In this document: in pieces, positions 1-9,179 of the stretch
How positions within the stretch are numbered: the stretch's first letter is position 1
How the letters are laid out: every line of letters begins with the position of its first letter
DNA from: Candidatus Iainarchaeum sp.
GTDB lineage: Archaea; Iainarchaeota; Iainarchaeia; Iainarchaeales; CSSED10-239
Direction: 5' to 3'
DNA: 32,000 nucleotides
NCBI GenBank assembly: GCA_037441475.1
Contig: JBBISB010000001.1
Location: forward strand, 306,418-338,417
The notes under the pieces: generated by a model
Seen by the model: the letters and a program-made list of their open reading frames with translations, nothing else
Databases searched by the model: none
What the model was told of the DNA's origin: nothing
Position numbers and translations under genes: made by a program

Positions 1-108
1 TTTTGTTTCAAATATTATAAGGCCGGAAAGATTTACTTTATTTTTATCAGATGAATTTTCAATAAAAATTTCTTTTCCAATCATTTCAATATTTTTTAAA
101 TTAACCAT
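1..108 (-). CDS. rnp1: Ribonuclease P protein component 1 (Rpp29/Pop4), N-terminal part, truncated by window edge
   Basis: Manual reverse translation: MVNLKNIEMIGKEIFIENSSDKNKVNLSGLIIFETK; resembles Rpp29 start and lies after SUI1/uL29 as is common in archaeal ribosomal operons. Confidence 0.7.
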   Translation of the reverse strand, partial: MVNLKNIEMIGKEIFIENSSDKNKVNLSGLIIFETK

Positions 109-403
109 CAATCAATTCCCCTTGGTAACCTTTCTCAATCAATAATTGTTTTACTTTATCTTTTTGATTACCTTGGATTTCAACAACTTTATCTTTAACT
201 GTTCCACCACAAGCAAGTTTTTTCTTTAAAAATTTTTCAACATCCTTTGCTTCAGCAACTGTTTCAAATCCAGATACTTTTGTTGCATATTTTTTAAATT
301 TTTTTCTCTCTAAGGTAACTTTAATTTGTTGGGATTCTTTTGAAATCTCGTTTAAATCAAAAATATCTTTTGAAAGATGACTTACAGAACTAATGTCCTT
401 CAT
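101..403 (-). CDS. Translation initiation factor eIF1/SUI1 homolog
   Basis: ITVTLERKKFKKYATKVSGFE-like core, FLKKKLACGGTVKDKVVEIQGNQKDKVKQLLIEKGY is the SUI1 signature. Confidence 0.93.
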   Translation of the reverse strand: MKDISSVSHLSKDIFDLNEISKESQQIKVTLERKKFKKYATKVSGFETVAEAKDVEKFLKKKLACGGTVKDKVVEIQGNQKDKVKQLLIEKGYQGELIDG

Positions 404-405
404 AA

Positions 406-633
406 TTAAACATTACTCTCCACTTTTTTTTTAATATCTTTATTAATAATTTCATTCTTCTTTGTAAAATGTCTTGCGATGTCTTTTTTAATTTGTTTTT
501 TCTTTGAAGTATTATTGGATTTTGTTTTTGATGCAAGTAAACCTTTAAAGTTCGCAAGCTCAAGTTTTAATTTACCTATCTTTTCTTCAATTTCAGAAAC
601 ATTATTTAAAGTAACATTTTTCTTTTTAACCAT
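406..633 (-). CDS. rpl29: Ribosomal protein uL29
   Basis: Small Lys-rich helical protein with EIEEKIGKLKLELANFKGLLASK, located immediately after uS3. Confidence 0.85.
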   Translation of the reverse strand: MVKKKNVTLNNVSEIEEKIGKLKLELANFKGLLASKTKSNNTSKKKQIKKDIARHFTKKNEIINKDIKKKVESNV

Positions 634-656
634 ATGAAAATCACATTCATTTAATC

Positions 657-1508
657 TTAAGCGTCAGTAGATTTCTCTACTTTCTCTTTAACTTCTTTTT
701 TAACAGTTGCTTTTTTTGGAGCTGTTTCTTTTACTTTCTTAGTTTCCTTAGAAGGTTTTTCTTTAACAGCGGCTTCTTTAGTAGCAGCTTCTTTAACAAC
801 TACTTTCTTTTCAGACTCAGTTTTTTCAAAAGCTTTCTTTTCAGCATCTTTCTTAACAATTGATTGTCTTTCTACAAGTTCTTCTTCTTGTATTTCCATC
901 TTATATCTCTTAGATAACTCTAAAACATCTATCTTATCAGAAAATACAATATCAGGTTTTACTATTCTTAAAGTTATACCAATAGTTCCAAGACCAGGGA
1001 AGGTAGTTTTTTTTTCAATAGCAACTAATGATTTTTGATCTCCAGCTTTCTTCATATAACCAAAGAAGAATCTAGATTTTCTTTTTCTCTGTCCTTTTCC
1101 AGAGGTATTTCCTTTTGCAATTATTTCAGCACCAATAGCACCAGCTTCTTTAATTTGTTTTAAGGCATTATAAACAACACTTTTCCAAGGAGTACCTTTT
1201 CCAATATTTGAAAAAATATTTTCCATGATTACTTTAGGATCTAAATTTTTATTTGGAATCTCTCCAATCTCAATATGTACCTTTGTAAGATCAAACTTTG
1301 TTTCAAGTTCGTCTGTCAAAGATCTAATATTTGATCCTTTCTTTCCAATTATGAAACCTGGTTTTAAAGCATAAATAACAATTCTGGTATTAAAAACTGA
1401 TTTAATAACATCAACATCTATGTAACCTGCACTTGCAAGTTTCTTTTTTAAGAAATTTGATATTGCTATCTTCTTTAATTTATCTTTAACAAAATAATTT
1501 TCCTTCAT
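657..1508 (-). CDS. rps3: Ribosomal protein uS3 with long Lys/Glu/Ala-rich C-terminal extension
   Basis: KH domain with GFIIGKKGSNIRSLTDELE; GAIGAEIIAKGNTSGKGQRKRKSRFFFGYMKKAG; operon position. Confidence 0.96.
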   Translation of the reverse strand: MKENYFVKDKLKKIAISNFLKKKLASAGYIDVDVIKSVFNTRIVIYALKPGFIIGKKGSNIRSLTDELETKFDLTKVHIEIGEIPNKNLDPKVIMENIFSNIGKGTPWKSVVYNALKQIKEAGAIGAEIIAKGNTSGKGQRKRKSRFFFGYMKKAGDQKSLVAIEKKTTFPGLGTIGITLRIVKPDIVFSDKIDVLELSKRYKMEIQEEELVERQSIVKKDAEKKAFEKTESEKKVVVKEAATKEAAVKEKPSKETKKVKETAPKKATVKKEVKEKVEKSTDA

Positions 1509-1511
1509 ACA

Positions 1512-1982
1512 TTATTCCTCTAGAACAATTACTTCAATGTTAGTTGATTTTGATTCTCTTTGCTTACCACCAGTTCTTCCAAGTGGCTGAGTTTTTCTTC
1601 TTGTAACTCCTTTAACAGCAAACATATGTATTATCTTTAACTTATCAACATCGAGGTTTAAATTTTCTGCATTTGCTTTAACATCAAGTAAAAGAGCTCT
1701 AATAGCCTTTGATGCATTTAATGGCCATCTTCCTGAAGGAACTCCCCATTTTGCTACACCTTTTCTGTGAGCAACTTTTTTATTGTATTGTCTTAAAGGA
1801 AGATGATCTTTCTTTTCCATAATATCTTCGCAGATTCTAATTGCTTTAGATAATGGTTTATTTTTAAAGTAATTTGAAAATTCAACAGCATACTTTGTAG
1901 ATATTGGAGTGTTTTGTTTACTTGCTTTTGCAATTTTCTTTTCATTAACTTTTTTTTGAAAATTATATATTTTATCTGCCAT
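1512..1982 (-). CDS. rpl22: Ribosomal protein uL22
   Basis: KIIHMFAVKGVTRRKTQPLGRTGGKQRESKSTNIEVIVLE; operon position. Confidence 0.94.
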   Translation of the reverse strand: MADKIYNFQKKVNEKKIAKASKQNTPISTKYAVEFSNYFKNKPLSKAIRICEDIMEKKDHLPLRQYNKKVAHRKGVAKWGVPSGRWPLNASKAIRALLLDVKANAENLNLDVDKLKIIHMFAVKGVTRRKTQPLGRTGGKQRESKSTNIEVIVLEE

Positions 1983-1994
1983 AAATATTCAACC

Positions 1995-2384
1995 TTACTT
2001 TCTTTCACTTATTGCAGTACTTGATTTTGTAGCACCAATACCGGCTTTACCGTGTCTTAATCTTTTTCTTGTAAGTGCAAATTCACCTAAGTAATGACCA
2101 AGCATCTCTTCCATAACAACAACAGGAACAAATTCCTTACCATTATAAACATTAACTGTCTTACCTACCATTTTAGGGGTTACAATTAAGTCTCTTCTAT
2201 GTGTTCTTATGTTTTTAGCTATATCTTTGTTTTTTTCAAACTTTTGATAAAAAACATCACTTTCATTTCTAAGTAAATTTCTTCTTGCTCTTGAAGAGAC
2301 GTATGCTGAAAAGTCTCTTAAAGACATTTTTTGAAGATCTTCAAGGTTTTTACCCTTATATTTAAAACCGTAATATTCATCCAT
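1995..2384 (-). CDS. rps19: Ribosomal protein uS19
   Basis: IRTHRRDLIVTPKMVGKTVNVYNGKEFVPVVVMEEMLGHYLGEFALTRKRLRHGKAGIGAT. Confidence 0.97.
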   Translation of the reverse strand: MDEYYGFKYKGKNLEDLQKMSLRDFSAYVSSRARRNLLRNESDVFYQKFEKNKDIAKNIRTHRRDLIVTPKMVGKTVNVYNGKEFVPVVVMEEMLGHYLGEFALTRKRLRHGKAGIGATKSSTAISERK

Positions 2385-2397
2385 TTAAAATCAACCT

Positions 2398-3111
2398 TTA
2401 CTTTTTCTTTCTTCCTGTTCTCTTAGAAGCAATAGCACCAACTTTTCTTCCTGATGGAGCGTGTCTTGATGTAGACTTGGAGTGACCAACGTGGTGTTGA
2501 AGTCCACCGAAAGGGTGATCAACAGCGTTCATCGCAACACCTCTAAGTGTTGGATAAGGTCTACTTTTAGCTTTCATTGCATGATACTTGTTACCAGCTT
2601 TAACAAATGGCTTGTTTGGTCTACCTGAACCGGCAACAACACCAATTGTAGCTCTAACATTTAAAAGAAATTCTTTAATCTTACCAGATGGTAATTTAAC
2701 AATAGCAACATCTTCTTTTTTACTCATTAAAACAGCAGTTTGACCAGTAGCTCTTACAAACTTACCGCCATCACCGAAGTTTTTCTCAATATTAAAAATA
2801 TTTGAACCAGGTATTAAATCATTTAAGAATAAAACATTACCTGCTTTAATCTCAGCACCTTTTCCAAAAACAACTCTATCCCCTGTCTTTATACCTTCAG
2901 GAGCAACAAGATAGTCTACAGAACCATTTTCAAATAATACTTCAGCAACTGGAGCTGTTCTTATAGGATCTGAAAATAATTTTACTACTTGTCCTTTTAA
3001 TGTCTGTGTATTGTCAAAGTAATTATATCTTAAAGTAACTTTTGCATTATTAGTAGCAGCATACTTTGGAGTTCCTTTACCCCTTCTTTGAAGTCTAAGT
3101 CTTTTACCCAT
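2398..3111 (-). CDS. rpl2: Ribosomal protein uL2
   Basis: GKRLRLQRRGKGTPKY...RGVAMNAVDHPFGGLQHHVGHSKSTSRHAPSGRKVGAIASKRTGRKK. Confidence 0.98.
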   Translation of the reverse strand: MGKRLRLQRRGKGTPKYAATNNAKVTLRYNYFDNTQTLKGQVVKLFSDPIRTAPVAEVLFENGSVDYLVAPEGIKTGDRVVFGKGAEIKAGNVLFLNDLIPGSNIFNIEKNFGDGGKFVRATGQTAVLMSKKEDVAIVKLPSGKIKEFLLNVRATIGVVAGSGRPNKPFVKAGNKYHAMKAKSRPYPTLRGVAMNAVDHPFGGLQHHVGHSKSTSRHAPSGRKVGAIASKRTGRKKK

Positions 3112-3133
3112 AAATAAAAACCTTTATTTAATT

Positions 3134-3406
3134 TTATAATATTCCTAATTTATTTGCAACATCTTGAGCATTGAATGCTTTATTAAGAGTTACAAATGCT
3201 TTTTTTCTACTTTTTCTATCAACTAAAGTATTTATTGTTTTAACTTTAACGTTATATAATTTTTCAACAGCTTCTTTTATTTGTTTTTTATTTGCTTTCT
3301 TATTAACAATAAAAGTTAATCTGTTCTGTGTTGATATTAAATCAACTGCTTTTTCTGTTATTACAGGATATTCAACAACATCGTAGTATTCTAAAGTTTT
3401 AGTCAT
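3134..3406 (-). CDS. rpl23: Ribosomal protein uL23
   Basis: YPVITEKAVDLISTQNRLTFIVNKKANKKQIKEAVEKLYNVKVKTINTL. Confidence 0.96.
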   Translation of the reverse strand: MTKTLEYYDVVEYPVITEKAVDLISTQNRLTFIVNKKANKKQIKEAVEKLYNVKVKTINTLVDRKSRKKAFVTLNKAFNAQDVANKLGIL

Positions 3407-3407
3407 C

Positions 3408-4223
3408 TTACATCACCTTTGAAAATCTCTCCTGTAATTTCATAACTGCGCTTTCAGAAAAAATTGTAAGTCTTCCAGCATGTGTTCCAGGTGCAAGTTC
3501 CTTGATTGAAAGTTCTGATGCGTTAATAACATCAACACCTTCTAAGTTTTTAAAAGTTTTATAGTTTTTAGAATCTCCTAAAACAAATAAAACACTTTTT
3601 CTTCTCTTGTATCTTCTTCCTCTCATTTTACCTTTACCTGCTCTGTATGACTTATTGTCTTTTGCTTTTTCAACATTGTCAGCAAGACCTAATGATTCAA
3701 GTAAGTCGTAAACTTCTTTTGTTTTTTCTAAATTTTCAATAGAGTTTTCAAAGATTATTGGAAGAGATATTTTGTCAGGAAGGATATGCCCTCTTGTTTG
3801 TATAATTCCAGGATGTGCAGTTGCTGAGATTGCACTTAAAATAGCTTTTGTTCTTTCTTTATTGTTTATTTTCTTAATTAATATTTTTGTAACCTTTGGA
3901 GGATGTGCTTTTGGTCCACCAACAGCTTGAGAAATACCAGCAACTCTACCAGCCATCAAGATTCTTCTGTTTTTAAGTCTTGGAAGTCTTGCATTACCAG
4001 TGTTAATGGAGTTGTCCATAGTGTTTTTCTTTCTAACACCTCTGTATTCAGCAGTATTTAATCTATTTGAATAAGGAGTAGGAGCTTTTGGTTGGTACTC
4101 ATTACTTTGACTTGAGATTACAGCCTTCTTTATAAGGTCTGGTCTATAGCTTTGTCTAAAGTAATCAGGAACTTCAATTTCCTTTATAGATTTTCCTAAA
4201 ATATTGTAAACGTTTGTTTTCAT
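3408..4223 (-). CDS. rpl4: Ribosomal protein uL4
   Basis: RLKNRRILMAGRVAGISQAVGGPKAHPPKV; start trimmed from ORF start 4232 to ATG at 4223 (MKTNVYNILGK). Confidence 0.95.
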   Translation of the reverse strand: MKTNVYNILGKSIKEIEVPDYFRQSYRPDLIKKAVISSQSNEYQPKAPTPYSNRLNTAEYRGVRKKNTMDNSINTGNARLPRLKNRRILMAGRVAGISQAVGGPKAHPPKVTKILIKKINNKERTKAILSAISATAHPGIIQTRGHILPDKISLPIIFENSIENLEKTKEVYDLLESLGLADNVEKAKDNKSYRAGKGKMRGRRYKRRKSVLFVLGDSKNYKTFKNLEGVDVINASELSIKELAPGTHAGRLTIFSESAVMKLQERFSKVM

Positions 4224-4234
4224 AACAATCAAAA

Positions 4235-5221
4235 TTATTTAGTTATTATATTCACATCTGTAAGTGTTACTTTGCTTCTTGGTTTTCTTGTTGACTTTCT
4301 AAGAACAACAATTCTTTTTGAAACACCAGGAACATTTCCTGCAATTATTATGTATTGGTTTTTAATAACACCGTATTTTTTAAAACCAGCAGAAGGGTTG
4401 ATCTTTGAAGGATCTGTGCCTATCATTAAAAGTTTTTTAACATACGCTGTTCTATTATGGAAACCATGTTGACCAGATCTAGGAACAGTGTGCATTACTG
4501 TTGCAGGATGCCATGGACCAATAGAACCTACATGTCTTTGTATTTGTTGAGCTTTTGGTCTTTGAATCTTTATACCAAATCTTTTAACAGGACCAGTATA
4601 TCCGTGACCTTTAGATATAGATTTAACATCTAAGTCAGTGTCAATATCAAATACTTCAGAAATAGGCAATGTTTTATTAAATTTTTCTTTAAAATAAGTT
4701 ATTTTATCAGCAAACTTCCCTGATAATGGAATTTCAACAATTACTGGTTTTTTCTGACCAATTGTGGTCATTTTAGTATCAACATAACATAAAAGAACAA
4801 CATCATCAGCATTTTCAGTTTGTTTTAAAAAATCATCAATTTCTTTCTTCTTAGTTGATTTTTTACCAGTTATTCTTTTGGAAATAACATTATTAAACTG
4901 TAAAATTTCAGAAACAGCATTTTTACCTGTTATTGGTTTTTTATTTTTATAAAGTCTTGCACCTGCAACCTTAAGTTCAGGGGTCTCAACAACTGTTACC
5001 GGAACTACAACTTCATGCCCATAAGAAGATGTGTTTTTATGTGCATTTTTTGCAGTTGCTTGCATCATACCAACCTTAATACCGTAGTATGCTACAGGTT
5101 TACAAACTGTTAAATCTTTTTCTAGACTATTATAAGAATTAAATTTAGGAATTATGGATCTAGCTCTTACTCTAGGGTAAAAACCCATTGATCCTGCTCT
5201 TGGTTTATATTTCTTTGGCAT
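4235..5221 (-). CDS. rpl3: Ribosomal protein uL3
   Basis: AYYGIKVGMMQATAKN...VKRFGIKIQRPKAQQIQRHVGSIGPWHPATVMHTVPRSGQHGFHNRT. Confidence 0.97.
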   Translation of the reverse strand: MPKKYKPRAGSMGFYPRVRARSIIPKFNSYNSLEKDLTVCKPVAYYGIKVGMMQATAKNAHKNTSSYGHEVVVPVTVVETPELKVAGARLYKNKKPITGKNAVSEILQFNNVISKRITGKKSTKKKEIDDFLKQTENADDVVLLCYVDTKMTTIGQKKPVIVEIPLSGKFADKITYFKEKFNKTLPISEVFDIDTDLDVKSISKGHGYTGPVKRFGIKIQRPKAQQIQRHVGSIGPWHPATVMHTVPRSGQHGFHNRTAYVKKLLMIGTDPSKINPSAGFKKYGVIKNQYIIIAGNVPGVSKRIVVLRKSTRKPRSKVTLTDVNIITK

Positions 5222-5426
5222 ATAGATTACACATTAATATTTTTTACGTTAAAATACAACATATGATTTTCTAAATAATGTTTTTAGAACCTTAAAAACA
5301 TCCATATCAGCTTTTGCATTTATATGTTAACCAAATCTTTAAAAAAATGGTTAATAACTGTTTATGTTAACACACAGTCTACAAAGCTTATTTAATCTCG
5401 CTTATATAATACTCTTAGCACAAAAA

Positions 5427-5445
5427 CATTTATAAAGGGTTTGGT
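5427..5445 (-). promoter_or_regulatory. Putative BRE/TATA promoter for the uL3-led ribosomal operon
   Basis: Minus strand reads ACCAAACCCTTTATAAATG, a strong archaeal BRE+TATA look-alike about 205 nt upstream of the uL3 start. Confidence 0.5.
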
Positions 5446-5461
5446 TATTCCCTCTACAAAA

Positions 5462-8400
5462 TTAATTTTTTGCCTCATCAAGTTGTTTTAAAGTTATTTG
5501 CTTGGAAGTCTCCTTTTCTAAAACAAAGATTGTTTCTGGCTTTGTTTCTTCCAAAACAGGTAAAGTCTCTTTCTTAACTCTTAAAAAATCTTTTCTTGTT
5601 TCTGCTTTCTTTTTTTTATAACCATAAAATAAAAAATAATAGATTAGCAGTATTAATAATATTATTATAATACCTAATAAAATACCCTCGGTATTTGTTA
5701 AAGAAAAAAAACCTGATAAAAAGCTAGGTTCTTGTTTAACATTTCTTAGGTCAAGCTCTCCTTGGTAGGCTAAAGAAGAGTTATCAGTATCTATTATCTT
5801 ATACTTAAGTAAAGGGGATTCTTTGTAAGTAATTGAATAACTTTTAACAACCTTAGAGTTAGGTTCAACAACAATAGTTCTATCTCCCTCTAAAGAAAAA
5901 TTATTTTCATCTTCAAAAGAAAGATAAAGGTTTCTTTGTTTATTTAAATTGTTTTCAAACTCAAAGCTTAAAAGAACCTTGTTGTTTTTAAGATCTATTG
6001 CTTCAAGAGAGGTATTAACAGTTAAACCTTCCTTTGTAATTGTTCTATCTATGGAGAAAGGCTCTCTTAAGATAAGCTTGCTTGAAGAATAAACTTCTAT
6101 ATATCCATTATACTTTATATGTTCAGCATTACTTGGAACAATAACACCGAAGTTAATGTTCTTTGAAGAGCTTGGATTAATTATTATTGATTTCTTATGT
6201 TGAGAGAAAGTAAAGATATCCTTACTTAAAAACTCATCAGTTGTAACAAAAGTAAAATTGTTTGGAAAGCCTGCAAACTTAACTTCTACCTCTTGGTTTC
6301 TTGAAGAGTTGTTTTTTAAAGTAAAAGAGCTTAATAATCTTTCCTCAATTGAAGAGATATTAGAAGTGTATGTTATAAAAGAGACATCCCCCTCTATATT
6401 CTGAGAGTAAGGGTAAAGGTTTGTAAAATATGATACTGGTGAACATCCATAAATATCAACAGTGTATAATACTAGTTTTGGGTTTTTAATATTTTTAAGA
6501 GAAACTCTCTTTGAAATATCTGCATATGCAGAAAAGTTAATTAATGGATCTTCAATAACAGCTCCTGTTGCTGATAACTTTATAACCCCTGATTTGTTTG
6601 TAAGGTTTTTAAAAGTAAAATCAACAAAGTCTGAATCTAAAGAAACATACTTAACATTTGGGTAAGTAAAATTAAAGTTACAAGCACTCTCTGAGAAGTT
6701 ATACCCTTCTGAAGAGAAATATCCTGAGTTTGTTTGCATGTAATCACAAGACTTTCCGTTTGAAAATTGACCTTTTAAAAGAAGCTTGAAAGAACCTATG
6801 CCATTTGCACCAACTGAAATTGTTTTTTGTGAGTTTTTAGGAATAACAAATGCCTTTACAGGAACATTTACTTTTGTATTTTGATTGTTTTGAGAAATAA
6901 CATCGTTTACTGAAAAGTCAACAGCAGTGTTATTGTAAACTGTAATGAAGTTGTTTCCTTCTTTAAAAGAAGAATCTTTAACACCTACATTATAACACAT
7001 GTCATCTTCCTTTGTAATAGCTATATTAAACTCAGACTTAATATCTGAATAGTTACAGGAAGCACCATTTTCAAAGTATCCTTGAACAGAGATGTTTGCT
7101 TTTGAAGAGGAGTTTGAAGTAATGTTACTTGTTATTAAATCAAAGTTAAGGGAATTAAAACTAAGTGGATAAACATTATAGTCAATTGCTTTTGAAATAA
7201 TATTTGCATTTGAAGTGTTGTCTTGATAGTTAACACCTGTGATTACAAACTTCTTATTTGAGTTATTTAAGATATAGAAACCACTATCTTTTGAATAACT
7301 GGTAGTTGTCCCTTCTTTTTGGGTTATGTTTCTTGTAAATATTGAAACATCCTTACATTCGTTTGTTGTCTGAGAATAGGAGGTTGGAGAAACTCTTACA
7401 GAGATATTTTGGTTTATCTTACATCTTCTATCCTCTCTATTATCTCTCTTTAAACCTTCAATCTCTAAGGTTAGATTTTCTGTTTTATAAATAGAGGTTG
7501 AGTCTGCTCTTAAGTTTAGATTTAAAGTTTTAAAAGAATCTTCATATATCCTATAAAGATTGTTTCTTATGTTAGGAGTAACAATTGAGTTGGATGGTTT
7601 TTTAATTTTAATATCATTAATTTCAAAGTAATAATCTAAGGATCTATTTTCTATCTTAATATCTACATTTTTATTTTCGTTTGAAGAAAGTGTTAAATAA
7701 TTATCCATTATTCTTATGTCGTTACATGAAGCATTGTTCTCAAGTAAAGAATTGTTTATTCTGTATCTTACATTGTATGTCTTAGAGCAAGTTAAGTTAT
7801 CATACTTGCCTATAATTTCTACATCAAAGTAACCAGTATAGTTTGAAGAAACAGTGTCTGCAAAAAGCTTAACTTCTGCACTTCTTGTCTGGTATCCTGA
7901 AATGGTGTAAGGGTAGGAGATGTTTTGAATATCTAAGTTAGTTGGGTTTTGTGGATTTATAGAAACTGAGGTAATGGTTAATGGTTTGTTAATAGAATTA
8001 ATTATATATATATTATAGTAATCTCTTTTATCCTCTTCTAAATAAATATCTGAAAAACCAGATATTGAAAAGTCATCACATGAAACTACGTTTGAAGGAG
8101 GATTTTGTGGAGGGGTGGTGTTATTTCCTGAAGAGCCTAAAGCATAGATATAGGTGTTTGTTGAGGTATAATATTGCCCATCTAAAGATTGAAGATCTAA
8201 AACTACTTCATAGACTTGATAAGCTGGATCGAAATAGAACATTGGGTTATAGGCGTAAGTGTATACACCGTACGGTTGCATTAAAAAAGATTGAGTTTGG
8301 ATATTATGAACAAAAACTCTTTGTCCAGAAAGATTAATTCCATATACTTTAGGGGAAACTACAATGTTTACTGGAGAAGATATTCCTGAACCATAAATAC

Positions 8401-8566
8401 CATATCTTAAGTCTATGGTGTCATAATAGCTTGCATATTGATAAGGTAGATAGTTAGGGTAAGAGGTTGTTCTTACCTCTGCATAATCAAAACCAATTGT
8501 GTAAGAGAACACAACTGATGAAAATAATATTACTGAAAATATTAGCATTAAATATTTGTAATTCAT
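5462..8566 (-). CDS. Large surface-exposed, membrane-anchored protein (signal peptide, five Cys-bounded beta-rich modules, C-terminal TM helix and charged tail)
   Basis: N-terminal hydrophobic segment MNYKYLMLIFSVILFSSVVFS; many NxS/T sequons; C-terminal GILLGIIIILLILLIYYFLFYGYKKKK; Cys occur only as five pairs. Confidence 0.8.
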   Translation of the reverse strand: MNYKYLMLIFSVILFSSVVFSYTIGFDYAEVRTTSYPNYLPYQYASYYDTIDLRYGIYGSGISSPVNIVVSPKVYGINLSGQRVFVHNIQTQSFLMQPYGVYTYAYNPMFYFDPAYQVYEVVLDLQSLDGQYYTSTNTYIYALGSSGNNTTPPQNPPSNVVSCDDFSISGFSDIYLEEDKRDYYNIYIINSINKPLTITSVSINPQNPTNLDIQNISYPYTISGYQTRSAEVKLFADTVSSNYTGYFDVEIIGKYDNLTCSKTYNVRYRINNSLLENNASCNDIRIMDNYLTLSSNENKNVDIKIENRSLDYYFEINDIKIKKPSNSIVTPNIRNNLYRIYEDSFKTLNLNLRADSTSIYKTENLTLEIEGLKRDNREDRRCKINQNISVRVSPTSYSQTTNECKDVSIFTRNITQKEGTTTSYSKDSGFYILNNSNKKFVITGVNYQDNTSNANIISKAIDYNVYPLSFNSLNFDLITSNITSNSSSKANISVQGYFENGASCNYSDIKSEFNIAITKEDDMCYNVGVKDSSFKEGNNFITVYNNTAVDFSVNDVISQNNQNTKVNVPVKAFVIPKNSQKTISVGANGIGSFKLLLKGQFSNGKSCDYMQTNSGYFSSEGYNFSESACNFNFTYPNVKYVSLDSDFVDFTFKNLTNKSGVIKLSATGAVIEDPLINFSAYADISKRVSLKNIKNPKLVLYTVDIYGCSPVSYFTNLYPYSQNIEGDVSFITYTSNISSIEERLLSSFTLKNNSSRNQEVEVKFAGFPNNFTFVTTDEFLSKDIFTFSQHKKSIIINPSSSKNINFGVIVPSNAEHIKYNGYIEVYSSSKLILREPFSIDRTITKEGLTVNTSLEAIDLKNNKVLLSFEFENNLNKQRNLYLSFEDENNFSLEGDRTIVVEPNSKVVKSYSITYKESPLLKYKIIDTDNSSLAYQGELDLRNVKQEPSFLSGFFSLTNTEGILLGIIIILLILLIYYFLFYGYKKKKAETRKDFLRVKKETLPVLEETKPETIFVLEKETSKQITLKQLDEAKN

Positions 8567-8601
8567 AATAAAAGCCTCAATTAATTTTTAATGTAAAAAA
8601 A

Positions 8602-8997
8602 CTATTGCCAACTAAAAGTTACTTGTGTTTGTGGAAAATTATAACTTACTGTGTTGTTATAGTAACTGTATGTAGGGTAATAGGTTGTTGGGTAATAAGT
8701 GTATGTAGGGTAATAGGTGTATACAGGGTAGTAAGTACTTACATAGCTTGAGTAAACTGGGTAAGAGGTATATCCTGTGTAAGGATTTATATATCCTGAA
8801 GAGTAGGTGTAATAGTCGTAATAGTTATAGCTATTGTAGTATTGAGCGTTAGGATAATATGGATAGTTGTAGCTTACATAAGAGTAAGAAATATCAATCA
8901 CATCAAATCTTTTTGAAGCATCAACATTTACGGTTGTTAAAACCATTGCTGTTAAAATTATTAAAAAGCCAAAGAAAGTTAATATCTTTTTATTCAT
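8602..8997 (-). CDS. Secreted extremely Tyr-rich low-complexity protein
   Basis: Signal-like MNKKILTFFGFLIILTAMVLTTVNVDA then a Y/P/T/S-rich chain ending TYYPTYTYYPTTYYPTYSYY...; near-ideal upstream promoter and purine-rich SD (GAGGGGGATTAT-ATG). Confidence 0.75.
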   Translation of the reverse strand: MNKKILTFFGFLIILTAMVLTTVNVDASKRFDVIDISYSYVSYNYPYYPNAQYYNSYNYYDYYTYSSGYINPYTGYTSYPVYSSYVSTYYPVYTYYPTYTYYPTTYYPTYSYYNNTVSYNFPQTQVTFSWQ

Positions 8998-9024
8998 ATA
9001 ATCCCCTCATATTTTTTATATATT

Positions 9025-9040
9025 TATGAGACAAATAGTT
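9025..9040 (-). promoter_or_regulatory. Putative promoter of the Tyr-rich protein/surface protein operon
   Basis: Minus strand reads AAAAACCTTTATAAACTATTT about 30-40 nt upstream of the ATG at 8997. Confidence 0.5.
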
Positions 9041-9179
9041 TATAAAGGTTTTTAATTTAATAACTGAACTCAATTATTCTTAACTTCCACTCAAGAAAAC
9101 CACTTTAAAAAGAAAACAAAACTTTTTAAATATTATCTGTTACTATATATATAAAAATTACTTAGGAAAAGATAAAGTT

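Noticed and set aside
1793-2008. 71-aa minus-strand ORF overlapping uL22
   Set aside because: Out-of-frame with a well-supported ribosomal protein gene; spurious frame product.
3171-3386. Plus-strand ORF antisense to uL23
   Set aside because: Hydrophobic antisense shadow of a conserved gene with no independent evidence.
4272-4472. Plus-strand ORF antisense to uL3
   Set aside because: Antisense shadow ORF.
6462-8337. Plus-strand ORFs antisense to the surface protein (6462..6665 and 8065..8337)
   Set aside because: AT-rich antisense open frames without RBS or recognisable families.
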